A stretch of 32,000 bases of DNA from an archaeon (GTDB lineage: Archaea > Iainarchaeota > Iainarchaeia > Iainarchaeales > 1-14-0-10-31-34). Below are positions 27,080 to 32,000 of the stretch, in pieces. Both the position numbers and the translations under genes were made by a program. The stretch covers positions 30,001-62,000 of the forward strand of contig JAJRVL010000001.1 in NCBI GenBank assembly GCA_024277355.1. Reading direction: 5' to 3'. Numbering within the stretch: the first letter of the stretch is position 1; every line of letters begins with the position of its first letter. The notes under the pieces were generated by a model. The model did no database searches, was not told the origin of the DNA, and saw nothing but the letters and a program-made list of their open reading frames with translations.

Positions 27080-27868
27080 ATGAAAATAAAAAAATACCAA
27101 GGTTTTAAAGCACTAAGGACAGGACAAAAAAAAAAGAAGAGTATTGATGTTACTAGGCATTGGTTTAAAAGTTCTAAAAAATTTTATCAGGCAGGGCAGC
27201 CTTTTCAAACTTTTGTTAGAAAAGCAAGTTTTAGACAACAGGAAATGCTGGAAAAAAAAATAAGAAAAATCGTGCCAGAATTAGAAAAAAGAGCTGCTTT
27301 AGAAATTGGACCAGGACAAGAGCCTTTAATATCAAAATTAGATTTTAAAAAAATAGTTTTTTTAGATTTGAGTAAAGCTATTGCAGACAAATTAAAAGCA
27401 AGTATAAGACAATCAGAAATAATTGTAGGAGATATAAGAAAACTTCCTCCAACAATAACAAAAACAAAAGAAAGATTTGGAACAATAGTAATAAATGAAG
27501 TTTTAACTCATTTAATTCCCTCTGAAAGAATCAAAGCAATTCAAAACATGCTGAATTTAACTGATTCAATACTGATAATTGACAGAAAACAGCAAAGTTT
27601 AGGAGAAATAATTAGTGCTTCAAGAAAAAAAGGATTAAAAATTTTAAGAAATTTTACTGGAAAAAATTCAATAAAGACCACTTTAAGCAGGAAAAAAATA
27701 CATGAAAGTTCAAATATTAATGCAAGAAAAGCAAGGCAGATTCAATTAATGCAAGTAAACTTTAAATTTATAAAAAGTTTTTTTGAAAGAAACGGATGGG
27801 AAATAACAATCAAAGATATTGAATCTAACAAAATTGTTTACACTGTTTTTACTGCAAAAAGAAAATAA
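27080..27868 (+). CDS. Hypothetical protein with class I methyltransferase-like motifs
   Basis: LEIGPGQEP (motif I-like), VFLDLS, GDIRKLP, IVINEVLTHL. Lysine-rich ends. TTTAAAA box about 30 nt upstream of the ATG. Confidence 0.45.
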   Translation: MKIKKYQGFKALRTGQKKKKSIDVTRHWFKSSKKFYQAGQPFQTFVRKASFRQQEMLEKKIRKIVPELEKRAALEIGPGQEPLISKLDFKKIVFLDLSKAIADKLKASIRQSEIIVGDIRKLPPTITKTKERFGTIVINEVLTHLIPSERIKAIQNMLNLTDSILIIDRKQQSLGEIISASRKKGLKILRNFTGKNSIKTTLSRKKIHESSNINARKARQIQLMQVNFKFIKSFFERNGWEITIKDIESNKIVYTVFTAKRK

Positions 27869-27880
27869 AAAAAAAGAAAG

Positions 27881-28432
27881 TCAGAAACTGACTTTAGGAA
27901 CTTTTCTGTCTGCTTCTTCTGTTTCAAAGAATTCTTTGTCTGTAAAACCAAACATTCCTGCAAAAACATTATTTGGAAAAGTCTGTTTTGCATTATTAAA
28001 AGCTAAAACTGAATCATTGTAAAATTGTCTTGCATAAGCAATCTTTGATTCAATTCCATCTAATTGTTCCTGCAATAACTTGAAGTTTTCATTTGCTTTT
28101 AAATCAGGATAAGCTTCAGCTACAGCAAACAAAGATTTTAATGCTCCTGTTAACATGTTTTCTGCCTGAGCTTTTTGCTTTAAGTTTCCGCCTGTGTTAA
28201 TTGCATTAGCTCTTGCTTTAGTTACATTTTCAAACACGCTTTTTTCGTGTGTTGCATAACCTTTAACTGTTTCAACTAAATTTGGAACTAAATTAGCTCT
28301 TTTTCTTAACTGAACATCAATCTGACTCCATGCATTATTTACTCTGTTTCTTTTTACAATTAAGCCGTTGTAAACTAAAATTACAAAAACTATAATTAAA
28401 ACTATTACTCCAATTAAAATTAAATCAAACAT
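27881..28432 (-). CDS. lemA: LemA family protein
   Basis: N-terminal TM span, then [47 protein letters not shown] (LemA signature). AAGGGGG SD upstream. Confidence 0.9.
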   Translation of the reverse strand: MFDLILIGVIVLIIVFVILVYNGLIVKRNRVNNAWSQIDVQLRKRANLVPNLVETVKGYATHEKSVFENVTKARANAINTGGNLKQKAQAENMLTGALKSLFAVAEAYPDLKANENFKLLQEQLDGIESKIAYARQFYNDSVLAFNNAKQTFPNNVFAGMFGFTDKEFFETEEADRKVPKVSF

Positions 28433-28480
28433 AATAAACCCCCTTTATCTGATAACAAATGAAAGAAATAGAATAAAAAA

Positions 28481-28929
28481 CTATTTATCTGTTAAACGTC
28501 TTCCTTTTATTTCAGGGTTTCTTCTGTCAGGAAGTATTCTTCTTCGATTTTTTCGTCTATTCAAATAATACCTTGCACTTGGAAGGTTATCTCTTGGTTT
28601 AGGTTTATTAAAATCTTTTTTTTCAGTTCCTAAAACAGTTAATTTACTAAAAAATTGTTTTTCTCCTTTTACTCCTTCAATTAATTCAGTTGGAGAAACT
28701 TTTATTCTTCTTTTATCTTTTTTTCTTTGTTCAATACTAATTCTTCTGTCAGGAGAATTTTTTCTTCTATTCTGAGAACCAATTCGTGTATCAGAAGTTA
28801 TTTGAATGTTTTTTCTTATTCCTCTTTTAAATAAAGGAATTTCTTTTTTTTCCCGACAGTAATTACAGAAACAGGTTTTTTTTGTTTTTTTCTTCTTCCG
28901 GTTAAAAGTGCTTTTTTTGGAGAAGGCAT
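28481..28929 (-). CDS. Highly basic hypothetical protein with a CxCxxC motif and two NRR..PDRR repeats; not in the ORF track; frame interrupted (-1) at an A8 run
   Basis: On the minus strand a 131-codon stop-free frame (TCFCNYCREKKEIPLFKRG...SPDRRISIEQRKK...LPDRRNPEIKGRRLTDK, stop at 28481-28483) has no ATG/GTG/TTG near its 5' end. ATG 28929 opens an 18-codon frame (MPSPKKALLTGRRKKQKK) that joins it by a -1 shift at T-run 28876-28883 (A8 on the coding strand). Confidence 0.5.
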
Positions 28930-29004
28930 AAACTATTTTTTAGGAAAGTAATGTTTAAAAAGCATAGCAAGATAATAAAAACCTTTTTTAGATTAATCAG
29001 TTAA

Positions 29005-30594
29005 ATGGAAAAAGAATTAACTTTAAGAGCAGTAATAATTGGAGCAATTTTGGCTGTAATTGTAACAATGTATTCTGCTTTTGCAGGTTTAAAAATAGGA
29101 GGAGTTTACTGGCCTATAACAACAGTTTCAATAATGTCACTTGGAATTTTAACTATTTTAGGAAACACAAACAAAAATGAAATTAATATTACTCAAACAA
29201 TTGCTTCAGCCGGAGGATTATTAGCTGCAGGAATAATTTTCACTGTTCCAGCATTATATTTGATTGGCTTTGAAATTTCTTTAACGGATATAACTTTAAT
29301 TTCTTTAGTTGGAGGGATAACAGGAGTAATTTTTTCTGTTCCATTAAGAAAACAAATGATAGAAAAAGAAAAATTAGAATACCCTGATGGAAAAGCAGCA
29401 GCAGCAATTATTTTAGCCGGAGACGAAAAAGGAACAAAAATTAAAACTCTTTCAGCAATGTTTGGAATTGGAATAATTTTTTCTTTTTTAAGAGATTTTT
29501 TGCAGGCAGTACCTTCTTACTGGAATATTGATTTAATTAAATTACAATTAAATAAATTATTTTCTTTTGGTTCAAGCATTTCATTAATTCCTTTTTCAGG
29601 AGGGTATTTAATTGGACCAAAATTTACAGGAATATGGTTTTTGGGAGCAGTAATTTCTTATTTGATTATTATTCCTTTTGTTGTATTCACCGGACTTTTT
29701 TCAGATAAGTTTACTGCAGGAATTGAATTAACTAAACCTTTAGGAATAGGAATAGTTATTGGTTCAGCAATAATGTATTTTTTATTAAAAGGAATTCCTG
29801 CATTAAAAAACATTTTTTCTGACTGGAAAGAAGTATTCAAAGAAAACCAAAAAATGATTGGAATTGTATTAATTGTTTTAGTCGGCGTTCTTACAATAAT
29901 AACTGAAATGAATTTACTTTTGTCTGTTATAGCTATTTCCGGAGCTTTTGTAATGGCTTATGTTGGAGGAAGAGTAACCGGAGAAATGAATGTTGATCCC
30001 ATGGAATTATTTGCAATGATTGTATTAATTGCAGCAAAAATTTTGTTTGGATTTAATGCAGTGCTTTTAGTTATAATTGCAGCTGTTGTAGCTATTTCAG
30101 CTGGAATAGCAGGAGATACTTTACAGGATTTAAAAACAGGAAATATTTTAGGAACAAAACCAAAAAATCAGTTTATAGGACAATTAATCGGAGTAGTAAT
30201 TGGAGCTTTAGTTATTGGAATTGTATTAATGGCATTACAGCAGACTTATGGTTTTGGCAATGCAGATTTGCCTGCACCACAGGCAGTAGCTTTAAGTGAA
30301 ATCATTAAAGCAGACAGTTTATCGGGAAATTTATTAATGGGAATTTTAATTGGAGCAGTATTAGCTTTAATTGTTTCTTTTTTTGGTTCAGCAATAATTA
30401 TTGTAGCTTTTGGAATTGGAATGTATGTGCCAATTGAATTAAGTTTTCCTTTGTTTATTGGAGGATTAATCAGATTAGCTGCAGACAAAAAAAAATTAAC
30501 AGAACAAGGAAGATTAATTGCAGCAGGATTAATTGCAGGAGAAGGATTTACTGGAGTTGTTTTGTCTTTAATGGGATTAGGAAAATTAATTTAG
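29005..30594 (+). CDS. OPT-family oligopeptide transporter
   Basis: 529 aa polytopic protein. ELTLRAVIIGAILAVIVTMYSAFAGLKIGGVY N-terminus and overall pattern are typical of the OPT superfamily. Confidence 0.75.
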   Translation: MEKELTLRAVIIGAILAVIVTMYSAFAGLKIGGVYWPITTVSIMSLGILTILGNTNKNEINITQTIASAGGLLAAGIIFTVPALYLIGFEISLTDITLISLVGGITGVIFSVPLRKQMIEKEKLEYPDGKAAAAIILAGDEKGTKIKTLSAMFGIGIIFSFLRDFLQAVPSYWNIDLIKLQLNKLFSFGSSISLIPFSGGYLIGPKFTGIWFLGAVISYLIIIPFVVFTGLFSDKFTAGIELTKPLGIGIVIGSAIMYFLLKGIPALKNIFSDWKEVFKENQKMIGIVLIVLVGVLTIITEMNLLLSVIAISGAFVMAYVGGRVTGEMNVDPMELFAMIVLIAAKILFGFNAVLLVIIAAVVAISAGIAGDTLQDLKTGNILGTKPKNQFIGQLIGVVIGALVIGIVLMALQQTYGFGNADLPAPQAVALSEIIKADSLSGNLLMGILIGAVLALIVSFFGSAIIIVAFGIGMYVPIELSFPLFIGGLIRLAADKKKLTEQGRLIAAGLIAGEGFTGVVLSLMGLGKLI

Positions 30595-30602
30595 GTTAAA
30601 AA

Positions 30603-31505
30603 ATGAAAACTGAAACAAAAAATAAATTAATTCTTTTTTTAAAAGGAATATTAATGGGAATATGCGATTTAATTCCTGGTATTTCAGGAGGAACAATTGC
30701 ATTAATTACAGGAATTTACTCTAAAATGATTTATTCTATTTCAAATATTTCTTTTCAGTTTTTTTTTAATGGAATCAAATATTTAATTAACAGAAATCAA
30801 GAAAATGAAAACAAAGTAAGAGAAGGCTTAAAAAAAATTGATTTGTTTTTCCTTGCAGTACTTGGAGCAGGAATTGCAACAGCAATAATTTTTGGTTCAA
30901 AAGCAATGACTTTTTTATTAGATAATTATTTTACTTACACAATAGCTTTTTTTTCAGGGTTAATTATTGCTTCATCAAAAATCATTTATGAAAACATTGA
31001 AAACCACACTAAAAAAAATATTAGTTTTGGAATAATTGGATTTATTATTGGAGCATTATTTATTTTTCTTGTTCCGATTAATACAACTCCATCTTATATT
31101 TATTTATTTTTAGGAGGCTTTCTTGCAGTAAGCGCAATGTTTTTGCCTGGAATTTCAGGAGCATTTATTCTATTAATAATGGGTTTATATGAATTCATGG
31201 TAAAAAAAGTTTTCAATGACATTCCAGGACATTTTGATTATTTTATTGTTTCTTCTTTCGGAGCATTAATCGGAATGATTACTATTTCAAGAGTCGTAAA
31301 TTTTTTATTTAAAAAAGACAAATGCAAAACACTTTATGTTTTGCTTGGATTAGTTTTAGGAAGCTTAATTATTCCATTAAACAGAATTTACACTGAAACT
31401 GCTGAATGGAATATAATAAATTTAAGTGTATTAGTCTTTCTTTTTGTTCTTGGAATAACAATAGTTTTAACTGCAGGCAAAATAAAAAAGAAAAAAGCAA
31501 AATAA
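30603..31505 (+). CDS. DUF368 family membrane protein (PopT-like candidate polyprenyl-phosphate translocase)
   Basis: Duplicated signature GICDLIPGISGGTIALITGIY and AMFLPGISGAFILLIMGLYE. Polytopic. Confidence 0.85.
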   Translation: MKTETKNKLILFLKGILMGICDLIPGISGGTIALITGIYSKMIYSISNISFQFFFNGIKYLINRNQENENKVREGLKKIDLFFLAVLGAGIATAIIFGSKAMTFLLDNYFTYTIAFFSGLIIASSKIIYENIENHTKKNISFGIIGFIIGALFIFLVPINTTPSYIYLFLGGFLAVSAMFLPGISGAFILLIMGLYEFMVKKVFNDIPGHFDYFIVSSFGALIGMITISRVVNFLFKKDKCKTLYVLLGLVLGSLIIPLNRIYTETAEWNIINLSVLVFLFVLGITIVLTAGKIKKKKAK

Positions 31506-31614
31506 CCTGAAATACAAAAATAAAAGCATTAAAAAACATTTTCTCTCAGAATATTCTACTAATTCTTAACTATTTTAAAACACTAAAATAGTTTTTTTGT
31601 CCGGGGGTAATAAA

Positions 31615-32000
31615 TTGAATCAAAAAATAATTTTGTCTTTATTTTTAATATTATTAATTTCAGCTGTTTCAGCATTAACAGTTGAAGTAACAAACCCAAA
31701 TGCTTTAACAAAAATAAATTCGTTAACAACTAATTTTGATATAACTTTTAATTTAACTTATGATGGAAATAATTCTTTAACTTCAGATATTTATTTAGAT
31801 GAAGACACAGACAACAGTACTTTTACTGAAACATTAACTACTGCTTTTTCTTCAGCAAACGGAACAAATACTTTTTCCTGGAATACAACTTCAGTTTTAG
31901 ACGGAACATACTTTATTTATGTTTTATCAACTGACGGAAACGAAACTGGAAATAATTATTCAGAAAGTTTTTTGGTTGACAAAACAAACCCAGAAGCAGT
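31615..32000 (+). CDS. Secreted/surface protein, 3'-truncated by window edge; sequon-rich
   Basis: TTG 31615 with a GGGGGT SD 6 nt upstream. Signal-peptide-like N-terminus (M)NQKIILSLFLILLISAVSA. Open to the window end. 7 N-x-S/T sequons in 128 codons. Absent from the track because it has no stop in the window. Confidence 0.6.
   Translation, partial: MNQKIILSLFLILLISAVSALTVEVTNPNALTKINSLTTNFDITFNLTYDGNNSLTSDIYLDEDTDNSTFTETLTTAFSSANGTNTFSWNTTSVLDGTYFIYVLSTDGNETGNNYSESFLVDKTNPEA

Noticed and set aside
521-30488. About 24 short ORFs in the track that lie antisense to, or out of frame within, the long genes (for example 521-880, 4563-4823, 7441-7773, 9616-10092, 14628-14933, 17673-17903, 20046-20252, 27819-28022, 30246-30488).
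   Set aside because: Each is fully nested in a longer ORF with clear family motifs. Their translations are low-complexity F/L/S/I-rich strings produced by reading A-rich codons backwards, and they have no SD sites or family signatures.
1-32000. Search for tRNA, rRNA, CRISPR arrays, transposases, integrases, inverted terminal repeats and recognisable defence systems.
   Set aside because: I saw no G+C-rich structured-RNA islands, no regularly spaced direct repeats, and no recombinase, nuclease or ATPase gene sets. The content is glycan biosynthesis and housekeeping. I cannot claim a novel defence or mobile system from this sequence.
1-32000. Possible alternative genetic code (TGA recoding), as seen in some candidate-phyla genomes.
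   Set aside because: TGA terminates several genes exactly at conserved family C-termini and in ATGA coupled overlaps (3103-3105, 4062-4064, 13952-13954, 25346-25348). Conserved domains contain no in-frame TGA.
1-32000. Abundant A7-A10 runs and lysine-rich tracts considered as repeat elements or simple-sequence contingency loci.
   Set aside because: They are spread through nearly every gene, are in frame (AAA Lys codons), and are explained by extreme AT bias. Only the three runs that actually break a reading frame are reported.

Overview
Strongly AT-rich (by eye about 30% G+C, not computed), very gene-dense window. I support 35 protein-coding genes and found no rRNA, tRNA, CRISPR array, transposase or integrase. 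The source looks like a small-genome uncultivated prokaryote, either a DPANN-type archaeon or a CPR-type bacterium. TTTAAA-type TATA-like boxes upstream of several starts and two ribbon-helix-helix/nucleotidyltransferase fusions lean archaeal, but GGTGA/AGGAG Shine-Dalgarno sites are also used. The code is standard, with TGA as a stop. Bases 1-24.8 kb form one large surface-glycan locus. It holds wecB, three GT2 and three GT4 glycosyltransferases, a B12-binding radical SAM enzyme, three SAM methyltransferases (one TylCIII-like C-methyltransferase) and a Wzx-like flippase. It also holds a WbpB/WbpE/WbpD-like oxidoreductase-aminotransferase-acetyltransferase triad, rmlABCD (dTDP-rhamnose), galU-ugd-uxs (UDP-xylose), a TIM-barrel sugar isomerase and a GDP-mannose 4,6-dehydratase. 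The right-hand 7 kb holds apt and mtnP (adenine/MTA salvage), htpX, a methyltransferase-like ORF, lemA, a highly basic Cys-motif protein missing from the ORF track, an OPT transporter, a DUF368 protein and the 5' part of a signal-peptide protein rich in N-x-S/T sequons. The most notable observation is that three unrelated genes (a GT4 at 4061-5139, apt at 24828-25348, and the basic protein at 28481-28929) are interrupted in the same way. Each needs a -1 frame change (equivalent to one extra A) at an A AAA AAG or A AAA AAA heptamer. The GT4 site is followed by a perfect 9-bp hairpin. This could be programmed -1 frameshifting, transcriptional slippage, or simply homopolymer under-calling in the assembly; sequence alone cannot decide. 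I saw no recognisable defence system or mobile element.
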